Assembly (NCBI GenBank): GCA_051362555.1 | Contig: CM120640.1 | Location: 8,990,001 to 9,054,000 of the forward strand | Direction: 5' to 3' | Length of the DNA stretch: 64,000 nucleotides | Source of the DNA: Lingula anatina | Taxonomy: Eukaryota; Animalia; Brachiopoda | Shown here: one piece after another, positions 27,901 through 40,900 of the stretch | How the letters are laid out: every line of letters begins with the position of its first letter | How positions within the stretch are numbered: position 1 is the first letter of the stretch | Program-made: the position numbers and the translations under genes | Notes under the pieces: model-generated | The model's database searches: none | The model's input: only the letters and a program-made list of their open reading frames with translations | What the model was told of the DNA's origin: nothing

Positions 27901-30900
27901 ACTATTGAAGTTGAATAGGAAGTCATATACTGGCAATCTTACTGTGACCTTGAAATTGACCTTTGACCTACTTATCACCATGAACTGAACTTTGCAAATT
28001 TTGCTTCCCTTTTATCTCCAAAACTGGCAGAGATAGGTCCATAGTTACTATTGAACTTGAATAGGAAGTCATATACTGGCAATTTTACTGTGACCTTGAA
28101 ATTGACCTTTGACCTACTTTTCACCTTGAACTGAACTTTGCAAAATTTGCTTCCCTTTTATCTCCAAAACTGGCAGAGATAGGTCCATAGTTACTATTGA
28201 ACTTGCATAGGAAGTCATATACTGGCAATTTTACTGTGACCTTGAAATTGACCTTTGACCTTCTTTTCACCATGAACTGAACTTTGCAAATTTTGCTTCC
28301 CTTTTATCTCCAAAACTGGCAGAGATAGGTCCATAGTTACTATTGAAGTTGAATAGGAAGTCATATACTGGCAATCTAAATGTGACCTTGAAATTGACCT
28401 TTGACCTACTTTTCACCATGAACTGAACTTTGCAAATTTTGCTTCCCTTTTATCTCCAAAACTGGCAGAGATAGGTCCATAGTTACTATTGAAGTTGAAT
28501 AGGAAGTCATATACTGGCAATCTTACTGTGACCTTGAAATTGACCTTTGACCTACTTATCACCATGAACTGAACTTTGCAAATTTTGCTTCCCTTTTATC
28601 TCCAAAACTGGCAGAGATAGGTCCATAGTTACTATTGAACTTGAATAGGAAGTCATATACTGGCAATTTTACTGTGACCTTGAAATTGACCTTTGACCTA
28701 CTTTTCACCTTGAACTGAACTTTGCAAAATTTGCTTCCCTTTTATCTCCAAAACTGGCAGAGATAGGTCCATAGTTACTATTGAACTTGCATAGGAAGTC
28801 ATATACTGGCAATTTTACTGTGACCTTGAAATTGACCTTTGACCTTCTTTTCACCATGAACTGAACTTTGCAAATTTTGCTTCCCTTTTATCTCCAAAAC
28901 TGGCAGAGATAGGTCCATAGTTACTATTGAAGTTGAATAGGAAGTCATATACTGGCAATCTAAATGTGACCTTGAAATTGACCTTTGACCTACTTTTCAC
29001 CATGAACTGAACTTTGCAAATTTTGCTTCCCTTTTATCTCCAAAACTGGCAGAGATAGGTCCATAGTTACTATTGAAGTTGAATAGGAAGTCATATACTG
29101 GCAATCTTACTGTGACCTTGAAATTGACCTTTGACCTACTTTTCACCATGAACTGAACTTTGCAAATTTTGCTTCCCTTTTATCTCCAAAACTGGCAGAG
29201 ATAGGTCCATAGTTACTATTGAAGTTGGATAGGAAGTCATATACTGGCAATTTACTGTGACCTTGAAATTGACCTTTGACCTACCTTACAATGAACTTAA
29301 CTTTGATTGCACCATTTTTAGTTATATATATTTTTTGCATATTTTGAAAATTCTTGTTGATTGCATTTTTACAGCTTGTCAAGCACAAGACTGGTGGCTG
29401 CACCCCTTATTTTGTGTATGTGGGGGTCTATACGAATGCGCTTGCTCCAGCTGGTGGTACAATATTCGGAGGCGGTATCGCCTCTCTGATCCTCTAGTTT
29501 TTTTTTCTTTTAGTGTAGCTGTTTAATTACCTCTCAGTAACATCTCTTAGTCTATATGTATACCATCCATCCATCCTTCTTTCCATCTTCCTTTGCTTTG
29601 TAGTAGTACCAGTAAATCCCTATCTTCTCTTATATATGTTGTGTGCTGTTGTTCTCTATGGCAGCAACTACAATGAACTCCAGTATTATGCTTGTTTGCA
29701 TTAGAACTGGTGAAGAGAAGAGAGCTGGAGCATCGAGAAAAAAATAAATTTTTTCAGGGAGGTTTTGTGCTGGTTGGCATAAATTATCTGCTGCTTTTGG
29801 TTTTGTACTGGTGCTTTGTACATGTGAAAGCTGCTGTTGTAATCTGTATGTGTTAATTCTGTTACAGGATGGTCTTTGTTGTAGTTTTAAGTTTTATCCA
29901 TTCTTTTTTAGTGAGAGAAAGGCGAAAAAGCAGAGGGGAAAAAGATGAAGACGAGGAGGAAGAAGAGCCTCCTATTGATGAGAAAGTGCAAAAAGAACTT
30001 GTTGAACTGGAAAAAGCTTCCAAAGAGTCTCCCATGAGTCAGTCCATACTTAAAGATCTGCAGCATAAGGTGGAGATGAAGAAACATAAAGTCATCGATC
30101 CAGTCAGCGCCTCACGGACCCCTGCTGCTGATCACGAGCCAAAGTATCGAACGCGCTTTGAATCACACCATTATGCATGTAAGTAAAAGTTTTGAATAGA
30201 TTGTCAAAGTATAACCAATATTTTTTTCTCATTAACAATGTCACAATTTTAAATTTACCTTTTATGATGGATTAAGATTAAATTTGTTTGGTTAGCTGCA
30301 TTGCGATAAGTCATTTGTTGATGATTGAGCGTGATAATTGGCCAGGACCACTGTCCACAAATAACATCACTTTTATGTCTGTGATAACTGGGATCCCACT
30401 GTTGGGACCCCGCCCATATTAAAAAAAAATTATATTTTAAATAAGTTTTGTTTGATGATTTGACATACATGTAGGTTATGCTCAGTCATAAAGGATTTTC
30501 TTCATTGTTAAATTAATGTACAGCTTGATGAGATTGCCTTTATAGAATGTCTGCCTCTAGTGCAGTAGGCTGTGGGTTTATCTCCTCACATCCAGGTCAT
30601 AATATAAACCATAATTAAAATGGCACCTGCTGTCTCCTCTCTAAGAACTTGATATTAATGGCACCAAGAAATATCAGTTGCAATTACCAGCTCACCAGGG
30701 GCCTGCTTCACAAAACAACTGTAGCAAAAAAAAAAAATGGTCTAATTTTTTTAGACCAAATTTCTAATCTACTTTGTCCCAAGATAAGAGCAATCTAATG
30801 AAATGAAACGCTGTGTCTGTTTTATAACAAGAAGGATATGACTGATGTTTCTATACTTGTTTGAGTGGATTACAAATTTATCTTGAACTAAGTAGGCTAA

Positions 30901-33900
30901 AAGCTTGGCCTTTAAGTTCAGACTAAGTTTTTTGTTAAACAAGTTCCTTGTCATGGTAAGCTGGTAATCAAGACTGATATTTCCCAGTGTCATACATGCA
31001 AAATTTACAGGATTAAATTAACCCATACAAAACACTATATATTGTAAAACCAGTTGAATACCTGTGTACCTGTTTTTGTAGCTCCATCAAGGTATGCAGA
31101 CCATCTGCGTAGGCATTCTGAAGATTTGCTACAAGGTTCTCCCAATGTTTACCCGCGTCGTGACGTGCGCTCTACGTCCACACTGCCAGGACACATGTCC
31201 CCGCCCAAGCCAGGGTACACGGGCGGCTGTCTGGCTGGGACACGCTCCAAGTCGGCCACGATGCCAATCAGTGGAGGGCCACCCCTATCTCATTTCTCAG
31301 TGAGTGTCTGTCAAACCATGGTCTTCTTCAACAATGATGGTGCTCCAGAGCTTGTGTTCCCCCACCCCCCTCAAAAAAAAAAAAAAAGAAAAAGAAGAAG
31401 AAAGAAAGGAAGGAAGGAACAAAGTAGAAAACATTTGCTTAAATTCAAGATTTTGTTTTTTATGCTGATTTGAGTCAAAACTAAGCAAGTGAATATGTTG
31501 AGGGATTTTGAATAAGTGTTTGTTACATTTTTGTTTTAATTTATATTCGTATAATGTTCAAGCAATAGGGTTTTGCTGATCCTAATTTATAATTCAATTA
31601 TAGACAAGACACTTAAATATGAATTATATCTTTTCATTGCAGTTCGACATAGATCACAGTCATAGTGGAGATGAATTAGAGAAACTAGAAAGGAGATCTG
31701 CATGTGAGTCTGCTTTATTTGATGCCATATTTTGTTGGTTGAAAATATGTATAGAAAAACTTAATTTGTTCTTCTTAAAAGTGTTAATTCTATTGGCAAT
31801 GTAAAATGTAAATACTTCAGGTCAGTATTTTTTGCAATGTACTCTTTTAAAGATCTCGTATACATAAATTTATTATGGGAGAAATTTGATTTTTTTCTTC
31901 TCCAGTTACATCCACATCCTCTATGTCCAATGATGGTGTAAAGGTATGTTAAGATTGGGAGTAAAGGTTTTTGGAATTTTGTCAGGGTTTTGGGATTTTT
32001 TGGTAGACTGAAGCATTATCTGCTCTACATGATCATCAAGACAATTTTATATTGTATCTGCCACTTGTTTACTTTTAATTTGCCCTAAAGAAATTTTGAG
32101 CAGATAATGTTTTTTTGTGGCTCTAGATGTGAGGTGTTAAAGGTTTTTTATAATTGTTTGTCAAATCCAGCTTATCATTTTAGGGTTCTTAAATTTTGAA
32201 AAAGTCACTGTGCATTTGCTTATATTTGTTGAGTCACAGGCTCAAAATATGTTGGGTGATGCTTGTTTGATAGTTTGGAATTGAAAAATTCTGTACAAAA
32301 AAAAAAACAAACAAACAAACAAAAAAAAAGGTGAAAAGTGTATATCTTTGTGAGAAATATGACATAAGCTTTAGAAGTGCTTTCATTTAAAAATGCTGTT
32401 AAAAGTTCACAGCTTTACCAAGGATGCTAAGGCAGCTTCAAATGTTGCTTTCTTCTGTGAATGGAAAAGTTGAACAAATTTTAATTCAACTGATCAGCAC
32501 ATAATCTGTGATGACCAATCCATAGACAACAGTCATTGTCAAAGCATGTGACCTGCCATGTTGCCTTTTCTCAATGTTATAGAGACTATCTCAACAACGA
32601 ACAACATCAATAGCTGATGGACCACCTTTTGTAAACTCAGCATTATTGTCAAACAGTCGAAAGAATTTGTTCATGGCTCGGGAAGAGCAGAACAAAGAAC
32701 CAGATCAGGTATAGACTCCCTGCATGATGGGGCATGGTTGCACACCCGTGTTTTTTCCCAACCTGGTGGTGGTTTTTGGTTGGTGGTATTCACACTATGA
32801 CAGAGTGATGGTTTCATAACTGTTTGTTGGCATTTTTTCAGGAGATTGTGCATGGTTGTACAGTCTTATGATTTTAGTGCTTGAAGTGGTGTGGGTGAAT
32901 TTAGTTTGGTGCTTGATTTTCTAGCTTTCTTTCAGATTCTTTTTGGTTGCTGTGTGAAATAGTACAACAACTTTTAGTGAAAAGAGATGGATATCTATAG
33001 TAGTATTTTAGTATTATCTTTCTGTGACAGCCCAAACTTAATTTTAATGTAAGCGTATGATACAAGAAAAATGCATTTGTAGTCTGTTACAGTAACAGTA
33101 ATATTGTTATCTAGATATTTGTAATTTAATGACTGAAACTCTGTTAAAACAAGGGCCATTTCATTTGAAAAGAAGGGGACAAGCAAAATGCGATAATCCT
33201 TTATAAAAAGTAAAAAGATTTTCTCTTTTACTAGTTTTTAAATGAGTAGGGTCCTTATTAAAATGGCAAACTAGATTTCTTTTGTTCCCAAATGTGAACA
33301 TAAAAAAAAATGAAATTGTCCTTTTGTTTTCTAAAGATTCCTGTGTGAGCACTAATGAGTGATTTAATATCGATTTACTTTGTCCTCAGACAATCTGATT
33401 ATCATGATTCTGGAATTAATGACATCATCAAGTAATGTGAATGGTAATATTACTAACATTTGAAGATTTTCTAACACAATTTAATGTCCAGAATTAAGGT
33501 GATCAGACACATTGTTTTATTTGTATTAGTTGTTGTTGGTGAGGGTTTTCCTTTAGTGTGATGAAATTTTTATTCCCGTTGTTTGCACTGCATTAGTTTT
33601 GTTTTGCAATCGATGCAACAACAAATAATAATAATAATAATAACAATTATTTAAATACACTTATTTTACTTTTCAACTTATTTTGCCGCATGGGTCGGCA
33701 ACAATTAGTTTGAATGCCCCATAAAATATTCCCTCTCCCCTTGTCATTTTTGGTTACAATATCTGTTTAAATGTTTGCTTGTACATTGTGATTAAAGAAT
33801 ACTTACTATATCTCCATTATGTTTTACACAAGCTCAAACTTATGTTTCACTACTTCACATTTTAAGTATATCACATCGTAATGTTTCAAATAATTTTTCA

Positions 33901-34380
33901 CAAGGGTATCAGTTATTGATACACTCATATTTTATAACTAAATAATCTTTTGTGCTCCAGCCGATACCATATGAAGAACTAATATCTAATCCCCCAAGAG
34001 GACTGGATAGAAATAAGCTAGAAGTGAGTAGATGAGTGTTGTGCCATGATAGTTTGTACCCCCATCATGTCACTTGTTTAGTCTAGATAAGACCATGAAA
34101 GTGATTTTAAGTGAAATATGTCATTTTTTATCTCCATGTAGGTAAAGATTACTCCAACAGCTTGCAAATATAAAGAATGTTTACACATAGTAAAATATAT
34201 TATTTTCATAATTATTAACAATTTAAAAGGCATTTTTGACATATGATTTATCTTTGTTTGTGCCAGGCGTACTTAACCAATGCAGAATTTGAGAGGGTGT
34301 TCATGATGACGAGGGAGGCTTTCTACAGATTACCAGGCTTCAAACAGAGTGACCTGAAGAAAAAAACACACCTGTTGTAA
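4264..34380 (+). CDS. ABLIM: Actin-binding LIM protein (abLIM/UNC-115/dematin family), 3' portion; LIM exons not seen in the window and probably lie upstream
   Basis: Phase-consistent GT-AG exons: 4264-4344, 9350-9396, 18306-18368, 19043-19196 (..PLSPNFHRP), 20070-20132, 21180-21194, 22408-22425, 23554-23733 (NNEEPIKLSHFPGG..PIERDDWPGPP), 25079-25267 (..KIERDDWPGPPSLA), 29912-30178 (DPVSASRTP), 31082-31299, 31643-31703, 31906-31943, 32583-32708, 33961-34023 (PIPYEELISNPPRGLDRNKLE), 34267-34380 (AYLTNAEFERVFMMTREAFYRLPGFKQSDLKKKTHLL*). FHRP, IExDxWPGPP and the C-terminal villin headpiece are abLIM/dematin hallmarks. The small 5' exons are less certain. Confidence 0.88.
6273..6318. repeat. (TTTA)n microsatellite
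   Basis: About 11 units. Confidence 0.9.
9569..9743. mobile_element. Short MITE (hAT-like?)
   Basis: TIR tggggtagcgcta / tagcgctacccca and internal repeated agccaa/ttggct motifs. The TSD is not clean. Confidence 0.5.
10258..10810. mobile_element. PIF/Harbinger-like MITE
   Basis: TIRs taccctgttcacactac / gtagtgtgaacggggta (1 mismatch), 3-bp flanking repeat TGA, CpG-rich interior with internal gtgtgaac copies. Confidence 0.75.
13929..18002 (+). mobile_element. Helentron-associated non-autonomous element (HINE/DINE-1/pearl-like), family B, compound copy
   Basis: 5' hairpin atgtacagacaca-ga-tgtgtctgtacat (13934-13961), (GTCGCC)n microsatellite and about 159-bp internal tandem repeats (e.g. 14101/14261/14420 and 15087/15246/15405/15564). 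The 3' end has sub-terminal repeat tgtctgtacat plus a short hairpin gacagc-ttt-gctgcc (about 17970-17997). T-rich flanks, no TSD. Confidence 0.8.
19437..19774. mobile_element. Kolobok-like MITE
   Basis: TTAA on both sides (19433-19436, 19775-19778). TIRs agggataataactcttcgt / acaaagagttattatccct (18/19 match) with AG..CT termini. Confidence 0.75.
23756..23945. mobile_element. Short degenerate MITE just downstream of the exon 23554-23733 donor
   Basis: ggctcacgctagca ... tgctagagtgagcc inverted termini (1 mismatch). No clear TSD. Confidence 0.4.
24838..24900. repeat. (GT)n microsatellite
   Basis: About 31 GT units. Confidence 0.95.
25285..25482. repeat. 97-bp tandem duplication (2 copies) just after the exon 25079-25267 donor
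   Basis: agtacatagcaggttatccc.. at 25285 and 25382. Confidence 0.9.
27179..27470. mobile_element. MITE nested in HINE-A, IS3EU-like (TAC..GTA ends, 6-bp TSD)
   Basis: 25-bp TIRs tacggaagccgactggtgccatatg / catatggcaccagtcggcttccgta, with TSD AAAATG at 27173-27178 and 27471-27476. The empty site is visible in HINE-A copy 2 (about 55385). A truncated left end is duplicated at 26362-26446. Confidence 0.85.
27723..29290 (+). repeat. 146-bp satellite array (about 10.7 units) inside HINE-A copy 1
   Basis: tctccaaaactggcagagatagg.. recurs at 27723, 27869, 28015, 28161 ... 29183 (period 146). Confidence 0.93.
33961..34380 (+). CDS. Villin headpiece domain, last two exons of the abLIM-like gene
   Basis: PYEEL..GLDRNKLE/AYLTNAEFERVFMMTREAFYRLPGFKQSDLKKK..L* aligns to the headpiece consensus (LE.HL...F..VFGM....F..LP.WKQ..LKK...LF). 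Stop TAA at 34378-34380. Confidence 0.9.
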
Positions 34381-37300
34381 TAAACAACAACAACAACTAC
34401 ATTTTGCCAAATTGAAACCAGAAATGATGGATCATGTGGACCCCAGCCATGTGCCACAGGTTTCAGTGAGTTGGCAAAGGTGTCATTGAAAAAAGCACTA
34501 CCCTTGGCCCATTGTTCTCTGCATCTACAGGCATGTCTGTCCACACGCAAAGCTTGGTCATGACTATTACATGTACTGTGAGAAGGATGTGTCAAAGCTT
34601 CCAGCTTCAGTTCAAGGGGGTGTTTTACTGAAACATACAGTGCTAAATTGTACTTTGCTTCTTAAACAGATAAAGATGATAAACTGAAAGTCTTTTTGCA
34701 ATGGCTGGTGCAATTGCAGTTTCAAGAACAGTCCTTTGGGTGGTTAATGAAAGCACAGAGCTTGGTTGGCCTTTTGATTCAAGGGCAATCCTTCAAGCCT
34801 TACACGAAGCGAAGTGGCCAAATTGGATTGTAGCTTCAAGAGCAGTCCAGAAAAAAAATCTGGAAAATCTCTGCAGTAGCCATATTGGATTGTATCCCAA
34901 AATGCATTGGGGTATGCACCTGTATATCCCATCAGCAGCTTTTTCAACTTGGAACTTTTCGTGGGATGTGTGATGCCTATTGGGTGCAACCCAGCGCAGT
35001 CACTTTTATATTAATACGTATATATGGCATGGAATTATATGGTACCTTTTGACATTTCTAAGGTGGCCAGTTACATGTATATTGTTGATCAATATAGACA
35101 TATGAATGTGAATGGACATCATTATATAACCACCTACATGGGACAAGGTGCCATACGTTTGTGACTGGGCCAGGAAACATTATTATAAAGGAATAGAAAT
35201 AACAAAGAATTCCTGCTTGTAACCACCCATATATATCTGCTTACTTCAACCTTGGTTGTCCATGAACTTTGTCTACATAGAAGTTTAGGTTGTGCATGAA
35301 ATGTACATTAATGTGTTCCGTGCATCTGGGATCTAAGGGCACCGTAAGTGAAGTTCAAGTCCCTGGTAGTTCATACTTTGTAACACATGATTTGGGCGGC
35401 AGCACTTATATAAAAGTTAATTTAGAAGGGCCTTTTTTATTTCGAATCCCCACACCTTATCATATAAATTACCAAGTAACTATGTTCTTTTAAAATCTGT
35501 AAAGATATTTTTATGATAAAGGTGAGGGTGCTTTCTTGTAACCATTGGCAACATGATTTTGCCATGGACATTATCATGACATCATGTGTGTATATTATTC
35601 TCCTATTTAGATCAGTCTTTTCCCTGGGTCTTTCTCTGTTATTAGAATACTGTTGTACTTTTTTTTTTTTTTTTGATTGTGTTCATGCAGGGACTCATTG
35701 CCCGGTGTCAGTGTTCTTTCTAATTGTGCCATATTACACCTCTTAGTGTCAGAAGCTTCTGACTGAAGACAAGATGGGATACACAAAACTAAAAATGTGT
35801 AACAAAAAGCACAGCTTGTGTAAAAATTACAATATTGTAAAATGATGACCCACTTTTACTCACTGTAAGTTGTGAAATGTAACTTGCTATTTCTCATGTT
35901 CTTAAGGTTGAAGCCTCAACAGATTTATGTGAAGCCTGAAAAGAACTAAGTACATATTGATGTCTATGTGAATTCATATTGGTAACAAACATAGCTGCTA
36001 CATTCAGGTTGTAGGCATCCATCTTTGTTTTGTATCTAATAAAACCTTATTTTGGTGTCTCATACAAGCTAAAAGTTTGTACAGAATTAGCTCAAGCTGC
36101 TGGTGTCAGATCAGCAGAATTACGTAGTATCTGATCACGCATGGTAGCTAGTTGAACATGACATGGAATTCAGAATGAAATCAAAATGGTTTGTGCAATA
36201 TATGAGTTTGAGTTCCGAGATTGCCAGAACAGTGCCAGATACCTCAGGTTAAGTTGCAATCCACACAGCATAGGATATTTTTTGTCTTACAAGTTTCAGA
36301 AAAATTGTCATAATAACAGAAGAAACTTACTCAACATTGGAAAGATATTAGATATAGAAATACCTCTGCGTTCCTCTTTTGATTTGCTTTTTACATCATG
36401 TTTGAAGATTTTAGTATGAGGTCCTTTGAGAATGAAATTATGCAAAGTTAATGCAGAAAAGGGGTAATTTACTTCTTAGTTAAATATATAAAAAAGACAT
36501 TAAGAGATTAGTGTACACGTAGTGGTTTTCAATTTAATCAAGAAAATTGATTTTACAGAGAAATAGAAATTGAGTGAAGTAGAGTCTATTGAACTGAGGG
36601 TAACGAATCACATTTAATGATTTAATACCAGACTGTGTTAATGGTGTCGATGAATTGATAGGAAAGTTTTGAAGTTTATGCATGTAGCCATGTACATGAC
36701 AAATTTTGTACAGAGCATTATGTTGCTTTCTTTATTATACCAACATAGAACTAGTTTTGGAGCTATTTATTGTGCCTTTTGTAAAGCCTAGCTTTACATT
36801 GCATTTTGTAAGTTGTACAGGTATAAATTCACCCTCATGTTACCTAGAATTTTAGTTCATCCCAGCTAAAAAAGCAGGCCTCGATAGTGTGTGTAACTTA
36901 ATTAGTGGTGCAGTGCCAATTGTATAGAGGAAAACATTTGAATTATTTTGCCCCTTCCTTTGTTGCTGCTGTAAACTTCACACAATCATATTATCTCAAC
37001 ACTACGTTTATGTTGTGCATGCCATCAGCAGTGCCAGATATATTGTTTGTGCCACAGCATATATCTTTCCCTCACATGTAGAAGGCATACCAGAATAAAT
37101 TCATGTTAACAGGTGATGGTTCCAGCCTGGGATGTCTTTGCTGCTGGACAGAGTACAGTCCTGTATTTTTTGCTGTAATTGGCTTGTTCTAAGGAGCTTC
37201 ACTTGTTCAGCTTTTCGTGTATGAAATGTAGTATATTTGACACTTCTTAGCAATACACATTTGTCACTATCTGGTATCCTTCATATGATCAGGGGGTGGG

Positions 37301-37963
37301 GATAAAAATTGAGTTCAAGGCTACAGTAATTGTATTTTATGATCATCAGTATAATTCATCTTTATTGTATAAACGGCTTCTGATTGTGTGAAACATTTGT
37401 GTCAAGAATTAAAAATGAAATTGCTTTTTTTGATTGATCGAGTTGTGTTAATATACTTTCCAATAATTTATTTTAAAAAAACTTAAAATAACTTCTTAAG
37501 TTACTTTTGTTTCACGAAAACAAATATGGAAAAACAGTAAGTACAAACAAAAAACTACATTTTAAAATATTGCAAATTAAGTGATTTACCATCTTAAATC
37601 TCTTCTCTATCAAATGACTGGACGGAACATTGTAAATATATTTATACATATATAGACATTACGCAATTGTTTGATTCACCAAACTGAGCATTAATATGGT
37701 AAAAGGCACCCTGTTATAATTTTGTAACTTTCAGCTGCTCCTCATACAAAATCTGTTGACAAATAGCATATTAGCTGTTTGCAAAAAAAGTAAAGTATTA
37801 TAAAAAGGTAACTTTCAAGCATATACTCCTTGCAATAAATACATAATCTAATGTAAATGTGTATCTTAATAATACTTATACCTTGCTTTTAAGAACAAAA
37901 CAAAAATAAATGAGGCAAGTTAATCATGTCAACCAGCTAGTTTTCTTGGAAACAAAGTTCAAA

Positions 37964-40900
37964 TTATCCATAGTCTGATTTTATGTGAAGAACGCCCTCA
38001 AAGCCAGGTCTCCGTTTGAGCTCCTGAAAATAAAATGACATGTATTTTTTTATGAAAATGCATTGATTTTGTACCTTGTTAAGTAAATAATGAAATTATA
38101 TAACTCTTGTAATGCCACAAGTTCAGTCAGTAATGTGTATTGCAAACAAACAAAAACCCATTCTACAGATTTCTATCATTTTACCTTCAGTTTGCCAATG
38201 ATCTGTCTGTATTCATCCATGCTGTTCTTATTTTTTGGATCATCATAATAATCTGATATTCCCACATGAACAGATATCTTCTTGAGATGATGACAAGCAC
38301 CTGAAAGAGAGTCCAGAGCCCTTTAAAATATAATACTTAAAAATCAAAACTTTGCTTAAATAAAAAATAAGTTAATTGGTCAATATATCATACAACACAA
38401 CTGTCCACTGTAAATTATGAATAACGATGTTTTCTTTAAAACCTTATCCTACAATAAATGAATGAAGTAATATTCCAAGACTCTCATTAACTTACTGTTA
38501 AAATGCACCAAAGCTTTAGGTGTGACAGGTGTAAAAGTGAACTCCAGTATCTGCAGTCCCTTCAGTCCAGCCTTACACATGGCCAGTGCCGTGTTCTCCA
38601 TCACCTGACACATGTGGTCCAACTCCAACACCTGGAGACGCAGGCAACACCCAGCTGGAATTGACCATGATTTAGATGAGGGAGGTTAGAAGTGAATTAG
38701 AAGTGAGTGCTTTATTGAGAAAAATATTAATAATGATCCAACATTTAATCTCAAGAATTTTTGCAATGTGCCTTGCTCAATTATGCTGAAAAACAATGGC
38801 AACTTTCAAAAAATGCAACTACCAACAGTCAAAAGTATTATTACCATATGAAGACCTCTATCTCTCAGTCTCACTTACCTATGGCTGTCAGGCCCTCCAC
38901 GTTGACATCTATGCCCCCAATACACAGCACGCGCAGGTGTGGCCAGCACTTTCCTATCATCTTTACGCTGCTGTTGTTAAATGTGTGCGGCAAAGAGCTG
39001 AAAAAAAAAAGGATTTTTTTTATCTGACATCATGAATAGATATATGAAAAATAAGAATAAAATTATCTGTGATAATTATTTAATACAAGCTAAAAAATTT
39101 GGCCATAAAATACAAGTTTCTAACTATTGGACATAGTGCAAAGTATTGATCATTAAATTTTATAGAAGCTTATGCTTCGTCCTCATGGTCAAAATCACCT
39201 CTGGTCAAGCTGAGCACTACAGCCTAGACTACTACACACCTAACTAGTACCTTACCTTGGATATACTGGAGGCATTAGCAGAGTGTTGATCCTCTTACAG
39301 CCAGCTCCCAGTGCCCAGATCACCTCTGAACTTGCTGGAGCACTGGAGCTCAAGTATGCCAGCTTCTCCACCTTCTTACAGTGACAGCTGATTAACCACA
39401 GACTCCTATATGAATCCAAAACCATTTTAACATGGTGGTTTATTTTTGTTGCCTTGATTTTATCAATATTGTGCTTCTAAACACGCTAAAATATTTTCCT
39501 GAAACCAAGTGCAATATTGAAACCCAGTGCAAATGCTGAGCAACACATGGACACTACTGGACACAAAAGGGCCAACTTTATGTTCAACTGAAGTTAGTTT
39601 TGTCTCTTACCTGTCAGTAAGAATGTTCCCACATCCACTTATCCTCAGTGAAATTATGGTGGATCCTGATGCCTTGAGAAGGTGCTCTAAACCAGCTTCT
39701 AGCGCTCCTCTAGAAACAAATAAATACCTCAGAAATGTAATATCAGTCTTGTAATGTGTATCTGAACAACATAAGAGCAAAACATGAAAGGAGACTCGCT
39801 TGTTTCAATGCATCATGCCTCTAAACTATTCAATTTGCTGTTTTACAATAATTTTTTTCTGATTTTCTGATCAACCTGTCATCAAAACAACTTTAAACTC
39901 TATTGATCAGAGGTGTTTCATAAGCTTTATTATGTGCATAAGTTCATGGAAACAAATAGAGAAAAGTGTATAGTTCTGTCACATTGCATCCTGGTCTTTA
40001 TCTTTACTATATCGAACTGAATACATTGAACAAGATATCCAGAGGTTAACCAAGCTTAAACTTTTGAATGAGTGATTCTGGAATATTTCAAAAACTTTAC
40101 GCACCTTACACTATCCAAATAATCCTTCTTGTGTTCTGTCTTCTTTCTTGCTCTAGATCTCAAACCTGTAAAGAATATGTATTCATTTTTTATTTTTTCT
40201 AAATTCATGTATTTTTTCTGGTTTTTGTGGTTTTTCTGTAGGGTTAAAACCCAAATATTCAATCTGCTGCTCAGTGAACCCTTGATTGTTATTTTTTATG
40301 ATGCATTTTAACACTAAAGCAGAAAATTCTCAACTCACCTTCAAATGTAAGGGAATGTATCTGTTTGCACCATTTTGAAATGGTTTGAAGGAACTAAAAT
40401 ATAAAAAGAAGAAGCACAATGAGAACACTTTTTTCCATGATCACTTTTTCACAAACTTTTCTATACTGATTCATTAACAGCTTATGTTCACATAAAAACA
40501 TTATTATTCAACATGTTCCTAATCCCTGTACTCAAAACAGATTCAAATGAGAAGAATATTTAAATACTAAAAAAATTATTTCTTTATCAACAACTCACTA
40601 AATTCACAAAAATATAATTACCCTGGAAGAAATTCTGTAATTCTCAAACTTGAGATTCTTCCAGAGTGCTGGGTGTCTGCCAACTTGTCTCCATTCCCTG
40701 CTCACAGCAGACACCTGGCTCAGGGACTTGGTGTCCAGGTACAGGAACACACAGAACAAAGCGTCACGCCTCCTCCTGGTGGAGTCTAACCTGGACACCT
40801 CAGGTGTGCTATTTTGTACTGGAGCTGGACAAAAATAAAAAAAATGTCTCAAACAAATACAAATCTTTGTATCTATATTCAAGGAAACTGAATCAATACA

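Larger units (their letters stand above)
25606..29498 (+). mobile_element. Helentron-associated non-autonomous element (HINE), family A, copy 1 (abLIM intron)
   Basis: 5' hairpin tgtaccaccagcg-ttag-cgctggcggtaca, (TCCGCCGGC)n microsatellite, 146-bp tandem array, 3' sub-terminal inverted repeat gctggtggtacaa, hairpin gaggcg-gtat-cgcctc and terminus CTAG-TTT. The 5' module is duplicated (restart at 26447). Confidence 0.88.

Noticed and set aside
27723-29290. Regular repeat array resembling a CRISPR
   Set aside because: The units are contiguous near-identical 146-mers without unique spacers, the context is eukaryotic and there are no cas genes.
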